Assembly (NCBI GenBank): GCA_030604855.1 | Contig: JAUVVC010000010.1 | Span: forward strand, 20,663-52,662 | Direction of reading: 5' to 3' | Origin: Erysipelotrichaceae bacterium | GTDB lineage: Bacteria; Bacillota_I; Bacilli_A; Erysipelotrichales; Erysipelotrichaceae | DNA length: 32,000 nucleotides | In this document: piece by piece, positions 1-9,670 of the stretch | Layout: the number at the start of each line of letters is the position of its first letter | Position numbering within the stretch: position 1 is the first letter of the stretch | Position numbers and translations under genes: made by a program | The notes under the pieces: model-generated | What the model saw: only the letters and a program-made list of their open reading frames with translations | What the model was told of the DNA's origin: nothing | Databases searched by the model: none

Positions 1-375
1 ATGCATGTGCCACTCAAGAACCTGCTACATAAGCAAGCCCTCAAACCTCACGAAGGTTGGGGTGGATATCTGGTGGAAAGCATCTTTGAATTGTTGGAAG
101 TCGTATTGAGCTTTGTCTCAAATACAATGTCATTCCTTCGTGTTGGTGGCTTCGTTCTCTCACATGCCGGGATGATGGTCGTTGTTATGACCTTAAAAGA
201 AATGACAGGATCCGCAGGACTCTTGGTTCTGGTGATCGGTAATATCTTTGTCATCGGACTGGAAGGCTTGATCGTTGGTATTCAAACCTTGCGTCTGCAG
301 TATTATGAAATGTTTAGTCGTTACTTTGCAGGTGGGGGTAAGAAATACATACCAACCACATTATTGAACCAGTAA
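1..375 (+). CDS. ntpI: V-type ATP synthase subunit I (a-type membrane subunit), C-terminal fragment; the 5' end lies outside the window
   Basis: The ORF is open to the window edge. Its hydrophobic C-terminus (...FLRVGGFVLSHAGMMVVV...LEGLIVGIQTLRLQYYEMFSRYF) is typical of V/A-ATPase subunit I, and it sits immediately upstream of the K, F, E, A, B and D subunit genes. Confidence 0.85.
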   Translation: MHVPLKNLLHKQALKPHEGWGGYLVESIFELLEVVLSFVSNTMSFLRVGGFVLSHAGMMVVVMTLKEMTGSAGLLVLVIGNIFVIGLEGLIVGIQTLRLQYYEMFSRYFAGGGKKYIPTTLLNQ

Positions 376-390
376 TCGGAGGAAAGAACT

Positions 391-837
391 ATGTTAACGA
401 TGTTTGAAGTATTTGGACCCTTGTTGGTCATTGGATTGATTTCTCTACCTATTATTCCTATCTTGAAAGGTAAGGTAAGCGCACAAAATGCTAAATTCCG
501 TGTCTTGACACAAATCAGCTTGTTTGCGGCAACATTCATCTTGGTTATGGTATTCCAAATCAATGGTTTGGTTGCACAAGCGGCTGAAGCAACTGCCACG
601 ACAAATGGCATGGCTGGATCTTTGGCTCAAGGTTTGGGCTTTATCGCAGCTGCGGTGGTTACATCGGCTTCGGCGATTGGGGCAGGTTTTGCGGTTGCAG
701 CTGCGGCTCCTGCAGCGATCGGTGCAATCAGTGAGAACTCGGATAACTTTGGTAAAGCGATGATTTTCGTTGCTTTGGCTGAAGGGGTTGCCATCTACGG
801 TCTATTGATCTCCATCTTGATTATCAACAAATTGTAA
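391..837 (+). CDS. ntpK: V-type ATP synthase subunit K (proteolipid/c subunit), 148 aa, about 4 TM segments
   Basis: A GGAGG RBS lies about 8 nt upstream. The C-terminal hairpin is Gly/Ala-rich (GLGFIAAAVVTSASAIGAGFAVAAAAPAAIG) and is followed by a helix with the conserved carboxylate (FVALAEGVAIYGLL). The position after subunit I fits. Confidence 0.9.
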   Translation: MLTMFEVFGPLLVIGLISLPIIPILKGKVSAQNAKFRVLTQISLFAATFILVMVFQINGLVAQAAEATATTNGMAGSLAQGLGFIAAAVVTSASAIGAGFAVAAAAPAAIGAISENSDNFGKAMIFVALAEGVAIYGLLISILIINKL

Positions 838-842
838 AAACT

Positions 843-1151
843 ATGAAATTTTTTCTCATCAGCGATAACACAGATACCCAGATGGGTATGCGTTTGGCGG
901 GCATCCAAGGGGTGATCGCGCATACGCGGGATGAAGTACTAACAGAGCTCTACAAGATTATCCAAGACGAAAGTGTTGCGATTGTCTTGATCACGACCCT
1001 CTGTATTCAAACATGCCCGGAAGTCATCGCGGATATGAAACTAAAGCTTAGACGACCTTTGATTGTGGAGATTCCGGATCGTCATGGTTCCGCCAAGATT
1101 GGAGAGACCATCGATGCCTACATTTCTGAAGCAATCGGTATAAAACTGTGA
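843..1151 (+). CDS. V-type ATP synthase subunit F (V-ATPase F family; equivalent to NtpG of Enterococcus hirae)
   Basis: 102 aa. The N-terminus MKFFLISDNTDTQMGMRLAGIQG matches the (I/V)xGDxDTxxGFRLAGI start typical of F subunits, and the gene lies inside the ATPase operon. Confidence 0.85.
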   Translation: MKFFLISDNTDTQMGMRLAGIQGVIAHTRDEVLTELYKIIQDESVAIVLITTLCIQTCPEVIADMKLKLRRPLIVEIPDRHGSAKIGETIDAYISEAIGIKL

Positions 1152-1158
1152 GGATGAT

Positions 1159-1737
1159 ATGGAAAAATTAGCACAAAAATTAATGGATGACATTCAAAAA
1201 CGAACTCACGAACAGCTTCAGATCCTAGAAGAGAATTTTCATACGCAACGTGAGTCGCAAATCAATCAATTTAATCAAGAAGCTGTTGAAGAGAGCAATC
1301 TATACATTGAACAAGAATTGGCGGAATTGAAGAGCAGCGTCATGCAAAGTGAGACACAATTGAAATGGAAGATTAAAAAGAATCTTTTCATTCGTCGTGA
1401 GGAGCTTGTGGAAGGTTTGTTTGATCAATTACGCGATAAATTATGCGCATATACAAAGACCGAAGCTTATTTGACACAATATCTCGCGTTTATTAAAGAG
1501 ACGATTGCGAAGGAAGGCTTTGTGAATACGATTGTTTTGGTTAAAGCTGAAGATGTCGATGCGTTTAGCAAAGCATTGAAAGCGAGTAACTTAAGCGTCG
1601 TGGCTTCAGATCACATTGAAGTCGGTGGTGTGATCATTCAAGAGGCAGGCGGTAAAATGGCCATTGAGATGACCCTTGACCATCAGCTTAAAGTTCAGAA
1701 AGAATGGTTTTTTGCCCATTCTGACTTGCATTTTTAG
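1159..1737 (+). CDS. ntpE: V-type ATP synthase subunit E (peripheral stalk)
   Basis: 192 aa. The N-terminal half is charged and looks like a coiled coil (EQLQILEENFHTQRESQINQFNQEAVEES...), followed by a globular C-terminus. A GAGGA RBS is present, and the gene directly precedes subunit A. Confidence 0.8.
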   Translation: MEKLAQKLMDDIQKRTHEQLQILEENFHTQRESQINQFNQEAVEESNLYIEQELAELKSSVMQSETQLKWKIKKNLFIRREELVEGLFDQLRDKLCAYTKTEAYLTQYLAFIKETIAKEGFVNTIVLVKAEDVDAFSKALKASNLSVVASDHIEVGGVIIQEAGGKMAIEMTLDHQLKVQKEWFFAHSDLHF

Positions 1738-1745
1738 GAGGACAT

Positions 1746-3497
1746 ATGGAAAAGGCACTTATATATTCAATTAATGGACCCGTTGTCCGCGTTAAAGATT
1801 ACAGTGGTTTCAAAATGCTTGAAATGGTGTATGTCGGTGAGAAAAAGCTCTTGGGTGAAATCATCGGGATCGATGATCATTATACAACGATTCAAGTTTA
1901 TGAAAGCACTACAGGTTTACGCGTCAATGAAGAAGTCTATCATTCCGGTGCACCTCTATGTGCAAGCTTAGGGCCAGGCATCCTTGATAACATTTTTGAT
2001 GGGATCCAACGTCCGCTTAAAGACATGGCAGCACTCAGTGGGATGTATGTAACCGAAGGTAAGGGAATTCCTGCCTTGGATCAGAAACGTCAATGGGAAA
2101 TCACCTTTAAGGTGGCGTTGAATGATGAAGTCGAAGAAGGACAAATCTTTGCGACCTGCCCGGAAACCAGTTTGATCGAACATCGTTTTCTGGTTCCCTT
2201 AGGCGTCAAGGGTAAAGTCGTATCCATTCAGAAGGATGGAAAATATAATGTTCAAGACAACTTGATCTCTGTCTTGGATAAACACGGTAAGACACACAGT
2301 CTGACCATGGTTCAAGAATGGCCGATCCGTCAACCCCGTCCAGTTCTAGACCGTAAGACGATTCACATGCCATTGATCACTGGACAACGTGTCATCGATA
2401 CTTTCTTCCCCATCGCAAAAGGTGGAGCTGCTGCGATTCCAGGTGGTTTCGGTGCAGGTAAGACCATGACTCAGCACCAACTTGCAAAATGGTGTGATGC
2501 GGATATCATCGTTTATGTCGGTTGCGGTGAACGTGGGAATGAAATGACCCAAGTCTTGCATGAGTTTAAGGAGTTGTTGGATCCAAAATCACATAAGCCG
2601 TTAACAGACCGTACCGTGTTGATTGCCAACACTTCAAACATGCCAGTAGCCGCCCGTGAAGCCAGTATCTATACGGGAATCACCATTGCGGAGTATTACC
2701 GTGACATGGGTTATCATGTGGCTTTGATGGCAGACAGTACCTCACGTTGGGCTGAAGCGCTGCGTGAAATATCCGGTCGTTTGGAAGAAATGCCTGCTGA
2801 AGAAGGCTTCCCAGCTTATCTTCCATCCCGTATCGCACAGTTCTATGAACGTGCGGGTTATGTGGATACCTTATCTGGGAATGAAGGTTCGGTTACCGTC
2901 ATTGGGGCGGTATCGCCTCAAGGTGCGGATTTCTCGGAGCCAGTCACCCAAAATACAAAACGTTTCGTGCGCTCCTTCTGGGCTTTGGATAAATCCTTGG
3001 CTTATGCCCGTCACTTTCCAGCCATCAACTGGAACCAAAGTTACAGTGAATACATTGATGATTTGAAGCGTTGGTATGACGTAAATGTCGATCGTAAGTT
3101 CTTGACTTTGCGTAATGAGATGATGAACATTCTTCATGAAGAAACGCAATTGATGGAAATCGTAAAACTGATAGGGTCGGATGTGCTTCCAGAAGATCAG
3201 AAGTTGAGCTTGGAAATCGCACGTGTCATTCGTGTCGGTTATCTCCAACAAAACGCCTTCCATCCGGAGGATACATTCGTACCTTTTGAAAAGCAGTTGA
3301 AGATGTTACAACTGATTTCCTATACCAAGACCCAAGCTACGCGTGTGGTCAGTACGCAACGCACGGTTCGTGCGATTGTGGAAACGGGTATTTTTGAGGA
3401 TTTGATCAAGATCAAGTATGAGATTCCCAATAATAACTTGGATGCTTTGGATACCTATTATGAAATGATTGATCTAGCCATGGCTAGTATTCAGTAA
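1746..3497 (+). CDS. ntpA: V-type ATP synthase catalytic subunit A
   Basis: 583 aa with an AGGAGG RBS. It has Walker [10 protein letters not shown], Walker B-region [27 protein letters not shown], and the non-homologous insert typical of A subunits. Confidence 0.97.
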   Translation: MEKALIYSINGPVVRVKDYSGFKMLEMVYVGEKKLLGEIIGIDDHYTTIQVYESTTGLRVNEEVYHSGAPLCASLGPGILDNIFDGIQRPLKDMAALSGMYVTEGKGIPALDQKRQWEITFKVALNDEVEEGQIFATCPETSLIEHRFLVPLGVKGKVVSIQKDGKYNVQDNLISVLDKHGKTHSLTMVQEWPIRQPRPVLDRKTIHMPLITGQRVIDTFFPIAKGGAAAIPGGFGAGKTMTQHQLAKWCDADIIVYVGCGERGNEMTQVLHEFKELLDPKSHKPLTDRTVLIANTSNMPVAAREASIYTGITIAEYYRDMGYHVALMADSTSRWAEALREISGRLEEMPAEEGFPAYLPSRIAQFYERAGYVDTLSGNEGSVTVIGAVSPQGADFSEPVTQNTKRFVRSFWALDKSLAYARHFPAINWNQSYSEYIDDLKRWYDVNVDRKFLTLRNEMMNILHEETQLMEIVKLIGSDVLPEDQKLSLEIARVIRVGYLQQNAFHPEDTFVPFEKQLKMLQLISYTKTQATRVVSTQRTVRAIVETGIFEDLIKIKYEIPNNNLDALDTYYEMIDLAMASIQ

Positions 3498-3507
3498 GGA
3501 GGCTAAG

Positions 3508-4947
3508 ATGAGTCGTCAATTTAAAGGATTGAAAGAAATCAAAGGCCCACTCATCATCTTGGACGATGTTCAAGATGTCGCTTTCGAAGAAGTCGTCGAA
3601 ATTGAGTTGGAAGATGGCAGTGTGCGTTCCGGTCGTGTCGTTGAAATCGAAGGTCAACGCGCGGTCATTCAGGTCTTTGAAGGCACAACGGGTCTTTCGA
3701 AAACAAATACAAAAACACGTTTGATGGGTCATCCCATGGAGATATCGGTTTCCAGGGAAATATTGGGTCGTATCTTCAATGGGGCAGGGACTGCCATTGA
3801 TGGTTTGGGTAAGGTTTATGCCAAACAGCGCTTAGACATCAATGGAAGTTCATTGAATCCGGTCATGCGTAAATATCCACGGGATTACATCAATACAGGG
3901 ATTTCTGCAATCGATGGTTTGAACACCTTGATTCGTGGTCAGAAACTTCCCATCTTCTCCGGAAGTGGGATGAGCCACAACCAGTTGGCAGTTCAGATCG
4001 TACGTCAAGCGAACATCGCCTCGACGAAAGGTCAAGACTTTGCCATCGTCTTTGCGGCAATGGGTGTCAAACATGACGTTGCGAATTTCTTCAAACGAAG
4101 TTTTGAGGAAACTGGTGTTATGGAGAAAGTCGTCATGTTTCTTAATCTATCCAACGATCCGATCATTGAGCGTATCTTGACACCTCGGTGTGCCTTGAGT
4201 GTTGCGGAATACCTAGCATTTGAAGAAGATATGCACGTCTTGGTCATCATGACAGACGTTACAGCTTATTGTGAGGCTTTGCGTGAATTCAGCAGCAGTA
4301 AGGAAGAGATTCCAGGACGTAAAGGGTATCCAGGTTATCTCTATTCCGATTTGGCTTCATTGTATGAAAGAGCGGGTTTAGTTGAAGGTAAAGTGGGTTC
4401 TGTCACCCAGATCCCCATCCTAACCATTCCCAATGATGACATCACCCATCCTGTATCGGACTTGACGGGTTATATCACCGAAGGTCAGATCGTTCTGGAT
4501 CGAAATTTACACCAAACGAATATTTATCCTCCAATCGGAATCTTACCTTCCTTAAGCCGTCTGATGAAGGATGGCATCGGTGAAGGGTATACGCGTAAGG
4601 ATCATGCGAGTTTGAGCACACAGCTCTTTGCGTGTTATGCAAAAGTTCAAGATGCACGTGCTTTGGCATCGGTTATCGGTGAAGAAGAATTATCGAATAC
4701 CGATCGTAAATTCATGGCCTTTGGTCGATATTTTGAAAAGTATTATGTTGGTCAAGGGTTCGAAACCAATCGCAGTATGGAAGATACCTTGAACTTGGGC
4801 TGGACATTATTATCACTTTTACCCAAATCAGAGCTTGATCGTGTTTCTACGGAGATGATCAATGAATATCATCGACCTGAACAAGCCATCGCGCATTTCA
4901 TGGTACTTGAATCCGGACAACTCGACGAAATCTTTAGAAAGGCATAG
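3508..4947 (+). CDS. ntpB: V-type ATP synthase subunit B (non-catalytic)
   Basis: 479 aa with an AAGGAGG RBS. It has the degenerate P-loop [12 protein letters not shown] and conserved [36 protein letters not shown]. Confidence 0.97.
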   Translation: MSRQFKGLKEIKGPLIILDDVQDVAFEEVVEIELEDGSVRSGRVVEIEGQRAVIQVFEGTTGLSKTNTKTRLMGHPMEISVSREILGRIFNGAGTAIDGLGKVYAKQRLDINGSSLNPVMRKYPRDYINTGISAIDGLNTLIRGQKLPIFSGSGMSHNQLAVQIVRQANIASTKGQDFAIVFAAMGVKHDVANFFKRSFEETGVMEKVVMFLNLSNDPIIERILTPRCALSVAEYLAFEEDMHVLVIMTDVTAYCEALREFSSSKEEIPGRKGYPGYLYSDLASLYERAGLVEGKVGSVTQIPILTIPNDDITHPVSDLTGYITEGQIVLDRNLHQTNIYPPIGILPSLSRLMKDGIGEGYTRKDHASLSTQLFACYAKVQDARALASVIGEEELSNTDRKFMAFGRYFEKYYVGQGFETNRSMEDTLNLGWTLLSLLPKSELDRVSTEMINEYHRPEQAIAHFMVLESGQLDEIFRKA

Positions 4948-4949
4948 GC

Positions 4950-5570
4950 ATGGCAAATCTTAGACCGTCTCCCACAAAAGGTAACCTCATTCACAGTAAG
5001 AAGTCACTTGAACTCGCAAAATTAGGTTATGATCTCATGGACCGTAAGCGAAATGTTTTAATACGCGAAATGATGAATCTGGTAGACAAGGTCAAGTATC
5101 TGCGTGACAACCTGACGGAAGCTTATGCGGAAGCGTATGTCGCACTCCAACAAGCCAACATCTCCCTTGGAGTTGTCAGTGAGATTGCGAATGCGATCAC
5201 CGTCGAAGAGGGCATCAAGATTGTTTATCGAAGTGTCATGGGGGTTGAAATACCCATCGTCACCTTTGATGAGACGGATGTCGTTCTGGAGTATGGCTTT
5301 GAAGAATCCAACTCTCGTTTGGATGAGGCAACGATTAAATACATAATTGCGAAGCGCTTGACGATTGTCTTGGCTGAGATTGATACTTCAATCTATCGCT
5401 TGGCACGTGCGATTCAAAAGACACAGAAACGAGCGAATGCTTTGCGCAACATCGTCATTCCAAATCTCGAAAGTGACATCAAATACATCGCAGAATCCTT
5501 GGAAGAAAAGGAACGAGAAGGCTTCATTCGACTCAAAGTGATCAAAAATAAAAAAAATCAGTCAAATTGA
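4950..5570 (+). CDS. ntpD: V-type ATP synthase subunit D (central stalk)
   Basis: 206 aa. It has the N-terminal PTKGNL...LELAKLGYDLMDRKRNVLIREM and C-terminal RANALRNIVIPNLESDIKYI...LEEKEREGF motifs typical of D subunits, and it is the last gene of the operon. Confidence 0.92.
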   Translation: MANLRPSPTKGNLIHSKKSLELAKLGYDLMDRKRNVLIREMMNLVDKVKYLRDNLTEAYAEAYVALQQANISLGVVSEIANAITVEEGIKIVYRSVMGVEIPIVTFDETDVVLEYGFEESNSRLDEATIKYIIAKRLTIVLAEIDTSIYRLARAIQKTQKRANALRNIVIPNLESDIKYIAESLEEKEREGFIRLKVIKNKKNQSN

Positions 5571-5581
5571 CTGTTTTTTTT
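5551..5581 (+). terminator. Rho-independent terminator of the V-ATPase operon
   Basis: Hairpin CAGTCA(5559-5564)/TGACTG(5568-5573) is flanked by an A-run (5551-5557) and an 8-T run (5574-5581). The ntpD stop codon lies in the descending stem arm. The GC stem is short, but the A/T runs can extend it. Confidence 0.6.
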
Positions 5582-5614
5582 AGGAACTTTTGAGGTGATT
5601 GCGTACAGTATAGT

Positions 5615-5947
5615 ATGAAAAAATTCACTTTCAAAGAGTTATGCATTTTAGCGAAGTTTCATCTTGACCATTATCGCAAAACGCAAAGGATTGAGAAACT
5701 CCAGGAATTCGGGTTCATGGTGAAGGAGACCAATGAAAAGAACCTTGAGAATGCCTATCGTTTCACAATTGATTGTGCATTGGGGAATCTCACAAGCGAG
5801 GAGAAACGGATCCTACATGCGGATTATATCGATCAGTTGGAGAAGAATTGGTGGATGGAATATTATTCGAGAACCAGTTATTACCGCATCAAGGAGGCGG
5901 CTCTAAGGCGCTTTATCAATTGTCTACACTTTGAAATAATGGTATGA
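5615..5947 (+). CDS. Hypothetical small protein (110 aa) with a C-terminal sigma-70 region-4-like/ArpU-like HTH signature
   Basis: The ORF fills the gap between the ATPase terminator and ptsI. Its C-terminal segment LTSEEKRILHADYI...NWWMEYYSRTSYYRIKEAALRRF resembles the HTH recognition helix of small sigma-r4-like regulators. No convincing SD precedes it (GAGGTGA lies 17 nt upstream), so the call is moderate. Confidence 0.5.
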   Translation: MKKFTFKELCILAKFHLDHYRKTQRIEKLQEFGFMVKETNEKNLENAYRFTIDCALGNLTSEEKRILHADYIDQLEKNWWMEYYSRTSYYRIKEAALRRFINCLHFEIMV

Positions 5948-5948
5948 T
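5940..5948 (+). promoter_or_regulatory. Putative extended -10 promoter (TGgTATGAT) for ptsI
   Basis: TG at 5940-5941, then G, then TATGAT at 5943-5948. It overlaps the stop of the upstream ORF, about 50 nt upstream of the ptsI start. No good -35 is present. Confidence 0.35.
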
Positions 5949-5996
5949 ATCCCTGTTAATTAGAATACTCTTTTAAGCCAACTAAGGAGGAAACAC

Positions 5997-7706
5997 ATGT
6001 TAAAAGGGATTGCGGCGAGCAGTGGTGTAGTAGTAGCGAAGGCATATAAACTGGTTCAACCAGTGTTGGACATCTCACGTAGAAGTGTCGATGTGGAACC
6101 AGAATTGCTTAAGTTTGAAGAAGCGCTTGTCAAGACACGAAATGATATACAGACGATCAAAGAAAAAGCAGTTGGTCGTTTATCGGATGATGATTTGGCG
6201 ATTTTCGATGCCCACTTGATGGTCACACATGATCCTGAATTCACAGGTCAAATGATTGAAATGATCAAAGCAGAAGGCATCAATGCCGAATTCGCCTGTC
6301 AAGAAGTCAGTGGCATGTTCATAAACATGTTTGAATCCATGGAAGATGCTTATTTTAGAGAACGTGCAGCGGATATCAAAGACGTTAGCTACCGTCTAAG
6401 TTGCCATATCATGGGCTATGAACTTGCGAACCTCTCCTTGATTCAAGAAGAAGTCGTCATCGTCGCACATGACTTGACGCCTTCCGATACAGCTCAATTG
6501 AATAAAGCCTTCACAAAAGGGTTCGCTACGGCAATCGGTGGTCGTACATCACACAGTGCGATCATGGCGCGTAGCTTGGAAATCCCAGCAGTCGTTGGTA
6601 TTGCTGGTTTGTTGGATCATGTCAATCATGGTGATGTGATTGTGTTGGATGCCTTGGATGGTGTCGTCTTGATCAATCCTAGCGAAGATGAATTGAAACA
6701 CTATAAAGCAAAAGCAGAACGTTATGCGGATTTAAAGAACAGTTTGAAAGTCTTGAAGGATGCGGAAAGCGTTACTTTGGATGGACATCATGTCGAACTC
6801 GTTGGTAATATCGGTAATCCTGTGGATGCGGATAAAGTATTGGAAAATGGTGGTGAAGGGGTCGGACTCTATCGTACAGAATTCTTGTATATGGATGCTC
6901 AAGCGTTACCAAGTGAGGAAGATCAGTTTGTAGCTTACAAATCCGTATTGGAAAAGATGGGTTCAAGACCAACCGTTGTCCGCACATTGGACATTGGTGG
7001 CGACAAAGAACTCAGTTACTTGCCTTTCCCACATGAAATGAATCCATTCTTAGGCTATCGTGCGATTCGTTTATGTTTGGATCGTACGGATATCTTCAAG
7101 ACACAGGTTCGCGCCTTGTTGAGATCGAGTGTTTTTGGTAAGCTGTGCATCATGTTTCCAATGATCGCGACGTTGGATGAGTTCAGAACAGCGAAGAAGT
7201 TTGTCAAGGATACAGAGGCTGAACTCTTGGCTGAAGGTCATGCGGTTTCTAAGGATTACCAATTGGGTATGATGGTTGAAATTCCTGCGGCAGCGATCTT
7301 AGCGGATCAATTTGCCAAGGAAGCGGACTTCTTATCCATTGGAACCAATGACTTGATTCAATACTCGATGGCTGCGGATCGTATGAATGAAAAAGTATCG
7401 TATCTCTATCAACCGTACAATCCATCCCTCTTACGTCTTATCAAATTGACCATCGATGGTGGTCATAAAGAAGGCAAATGGGTGGGTATGTGTGGTGAGA
7501 TGGCCGGTGAAGAAATGGCTGCTCCTTTGCTTTTGGGCTTAGGTTTGGATGAATTCTCCATGAGTGCCAGCAGTATTTTACAATCCCGCAAGATGATTCG
7601 CTCATTGAAATACAGTGAAATGAAAGAAATGGCGGATAAAGCGTTGAACATGAGCAATGAGGCTGAAGTGGTCGCATTGGTCAAGAAAACTTTAAAATTA
7701 GATTAA
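5997..7706 (+). CDS. ptsI: Phosphoenolpyruvate-protein phosphotransferase (PTS enzyme I)
   Basis: 569 aa with an AAGGAGG RBS. It has the phosphohistidine motif GGRTSHSAIMARSLEIPAVVG and the PEP-utilizer C-terminal motifs FLSIGTNDLIQY and GMCGEMAG. Confidence 0.97.
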   Translation: MLKGIAASSGVVVAKAYKLVQPVLDISRRSVDVEPELLKFEEALVKTRNDIQTIKEKAVGRLSDDDLAIFDAHLMVTHDPEFTGQMIEMIKAEGINAEFACQEVSGMFINMFESMEDAYFRERAADIKDVSYRLSCHIMGYELANLSLIQEEVVIVAHDLTPSDTAQLNKAFTKGFATAIGGRTSHSAIMARSLEIPAVVGIAGLLDHVNHGDVIVLDALDGVVLINPSEDELKHYKAKAERYADLKNSLKVLKDAESVTLDGHHVELVGNIGNPVDADKVLENGGEGVGLYRTEFLYMDAQALPSEEDQFVAYKSVLEKMGSRPTVVRTLDIGGDKELSYLPFPHEMNPFLGYRAIRLCLDRTDIFKTQVRALLRSSVFGKLCIMFPMIATLDEFRTAKKFVKDTEAELLAEGHAVSKDYQLGMMVEIPAAAILADQFAKEADFLSIGTNDLIQYSMAADRMNEKVSYLYQPYNPSLLRLIKLTIDGGHKEGKWVGMCGEMAGEEMAAPLLLGLGLDEFSMSASSILQSRKMIRSLKYSEMKEMADKALNMSNEAEVVALVKKTLKLD

Positions 7707-7710
7707 GCAA

Positions 7711-7730
7711 AAGGTGGAGCGATCCACCTT
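7711..7730. terminator. Hairpin between convergent ptsI and azlD (possible bidirectional terminator)
   Basis: AAGGTGGA(7711-7718)-GCGA-TCCACCTT(7723-7730) forms an 8-bp stem. The U-tracts are weak on both strands, and the azlD stop overlaps the 3' arm. Confidence 0.55.
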
Positions 7731-8056
7731 TAAAATACAACATTGAAGAGAACTAAATAAACCAAGGATCCCAAACCAATGCTTAACAAGGTGTTATGGT
7801 ACTTTGTGTGAATCAGCGTGATGAAGCCCATGGCAATAAGTTCAGATGCACCATAGGGCATCTTAGTAAGATCCACATCTTTCAGTGCGTACATAAGCAA
7901 TAAGCCCAAGGATGCATAGGGAAGTCGTTGAGCTAGGAAGTTCAACCATTGTGGTTGGGCTTTTTGTTCAGGAAAGATCAAGAAAGGTAGCCAACGGGTA
8001 AATTGTGTCGCAACAACCATCATCAAGATGGTGATGAAGAGTTGAGTGATATTCAT
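7730..8056 (-). CDS. azlD: Branched-chain amino acid transport protein AzlD
   Basis: A small, very hydrophobic protein directly downstream of azlC. The start is placed at ATG 8056 because GGAGGG lies 7 nt upstream and it forms an ATGA overlap with the azlC stop. The ORF track allows an alternative start at 8071. Confidence 0.8.
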   Translation of the reverse strand: MNITQLFITILMMVVATQFTRWLPFLIFPEQKAQPQWLNFLAQRLPYASLGLLLMYALKDVDLTKMPYGASELIAMGFITLIHTKYHNTLLSIGLGSLVYLVLFNVVF

Positions 8057-8736
8057 CGAGATGCCCTCCATTTCGTCTCAATGACCATGGCAAATAGAAT
8101 TAAAATCATGGCTAACAATAAGAATTGAGCTCTACCGACAAGGTAGAATGCAACGAGTGTACAGACGAACCCAATCAAAAGATACAAACGATGGGCTTTG
8201 ATCTTCCATTGATTCAAGAATAAAACATAAAACAGAGCCGTAAGTACAAATTCAAATCCTTTGATGGAGTCGGGAATCATGAAGGACAACTGGTGCCCTA
8301 AGATCGAAGCAATGTTCCAATACAGATAATTCAAAAGGGTGACGATAAAGTAAAACAGTTTCTTATGAACGGATTCATCAAGATCAACCCCGGCGTTGAT
8401 GGAAAAGGTCTCATCGGTCAAACCAAAAATCATGAAGCTGCGTTTCTTTCCACTGTTTGCATATTTATCCAATACTGACATGCCATAAAAGAGGTGACGG
8501 ATATTGATGAGTAAAGATACCAAGAAGGTGGACAATGGATTAAACGCAGAAGAAAGGAGTGCAATAGCCGCAAACTGCATCGCCCCTGCAAACACAGTCA
8601 GACTCATAAAAGAGGTCCAGAATAGATTGAACCCTGTTTTGTTCATCAGAACACCGTAACTAAAACCCAAGAAGAGATAACCTGTCAAGACAGGCAATGT
8701 ATACGGAAATGCTTTTTTAAGTGTTTTCAGAACCAT
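8053..8736 (-). CDS. azlC: AzlC-family branched-chain amino acid permease/exporter subunit
   Basis: A polytopic membrane protein with the N-terminus MVLKTLKKAFPYTLPVLTGYLFLGFSYGVL typical of AzlC. The start at 8736 is preceded by AAGGTGGTGG. The longer ORF to 8787 would abut proC and lacks an RBS. Confidence 0.85.
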   Translation of the reverse strand: MVLKTLKKAFPYTLPVLTGYLFLGFSYGVLMNKTGFNLFWTSFMSLTVFAGAMQFAAIALLSSAFNPLSTFLVSLLINIRHLFYGMSVLDKYANSGKKRSFMIFGLTDETFSINAGVDLDESVHKKLFYFIVTLLNYLYWNIASILGHQLSFMIPDSIKGFEFVLTALFYVLFLNQWKIKAHRLYLLIGFVCTLVAFYLVGRAQFLLLAMILILFAMVIETKWRASR

Positions 8737-8787
8737 GATCCCACCACCTTTTAGAGATAAGTTTATCAAAAATAAAAAGAACTTCAA

Positions 8788-9588
8788 TTATTTTTGAAGT
8801 TCTTCACCCAACTGCTTAGAGCGTAGGATGGTTTTTTGACACATCTCCATCAAGATTTCATGGAGCTGAGAAGATCTTAACACCTTTAAACCTTCGATCG
8901 TAGTACCTCCCTTTGAAGCGACACGCGTCATCAAATCATCCAAATCAGGATTGATTTTAGCCATCGAACTTGCCGCAAAGAAGCTTTCTGTAATCAATGA
9001 TTTTGCCAATGCCTCCTCTAAGCCCAAATTTACGAGTGTTTGAACATAAGTCGCCATGATTTGATACACAAATGCGATGCCGGAACCAGACGCTGCGATG
9101 AACAATTCAAACTGATCTTCATTCAATTCCAATAGACTCCCACAGGCTTTGAACAATTGCTTAATGAACGCTAGTTCTGAAGCCTTCACATTGCCGTTAT
9201 GACACATCGCGATGGAGCCAATGCCTATTGCAATCGCGGTATTGGGCATGAAGCGAATCAGCTTCACTTTAGGAAAAAGGCCTTTTTCAAGTTGATCCAT
9301 CCTTAAACCCGCTGCTAAACTGATGAGGATCGCATCCGCTTTGATGTCCGCTCGAATCTCATCAAGCAAAGCAAACAACTGTTGTGGTTTTACTGCTAAT
9401 ACAACTACATCGGCATTGTGCACGGCTTTGTGATTATCGATCGTCTTGGTTATGTTGGGGTCATCAATCCCATCCAATTTCCCTTGGCTCCGGTTGCTTA
9501 CCCAGACTTCATGTTCAAAGAAGGACCGATCGAGCCCTTTGAGAAATGCTTGGGTCATATTGCCAGCTCCAATAAAACTGATTTTCAT
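8788..9588 (-). CDS. proC: Pyrroline-5-carboxylate reductase
   Basis: 266 aa with an AAGGAG RBS. It has the Rossmann motif MKISFIGAGNM and the C-terminal P5CR signature VASKGGTTIEGL. Confidence 0.92.
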   Translation of the reverse strand: MKISFIGAGNMTQAFLKGLDRSFFEHEVWVSNRSQGKLDGIDDPNITKTIDNHKAVHNADVVVLAVKPQQLFALLDEIRADIKADAILISLAAGLRMDQLEKGLFPKVKLIRFMPNTAIAIGIGSIAMCHNGNVKASELAFIKQLFKACGSLLELNEDQFELFIAASGSGIAFVYQIMATYVQTLVNLGLEEALAKSLITESFFAASSMAKINPDLDDLMTRVASKGGTTIEGLKVLRSSQLHEILMEMCQKTILRSKQLGEELQK

Positions 9589-9622
9589 TTCATTCTCCTT
9601 GTAAGAGGGTGTTGCATCTTAC

Positions 9623-9651
9623 TTGAACTCTCGTGACATCTTCGTTATCGT
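9623..9651 (+). promoter_or_regulatory. Putative sigma-A promoter TTGAAC-N17-TATCGT for the DUF2721 gene
   Basis: TTGAAC at 9623-9628 and TATCGT at 9646-9651, with 17-nt spacing. The RBS AGGAGGG at 9661 and the ATG at 9671 follow. Confidence 0.4.
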
Positions 9652-9670
9652 AGGACATCTAGGAGGGTCT

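Noticed and set aside
8737-8787. N-terminal extensions suggested by the ORF track for azlC. The same applies at 9623-9670, 15171-15212, 17759-17863, 20176-20214, 21198-21272, 24485-24505, 24746-24814 and 28294-28332.
   Set aside because: In each case an internal ATG is preceded by a strong GGAGG-type RBS and gives the family-typical N-terminus. The extension has no RBS and overlaps a promoter, a neighbouring gene or an intergenic signal.
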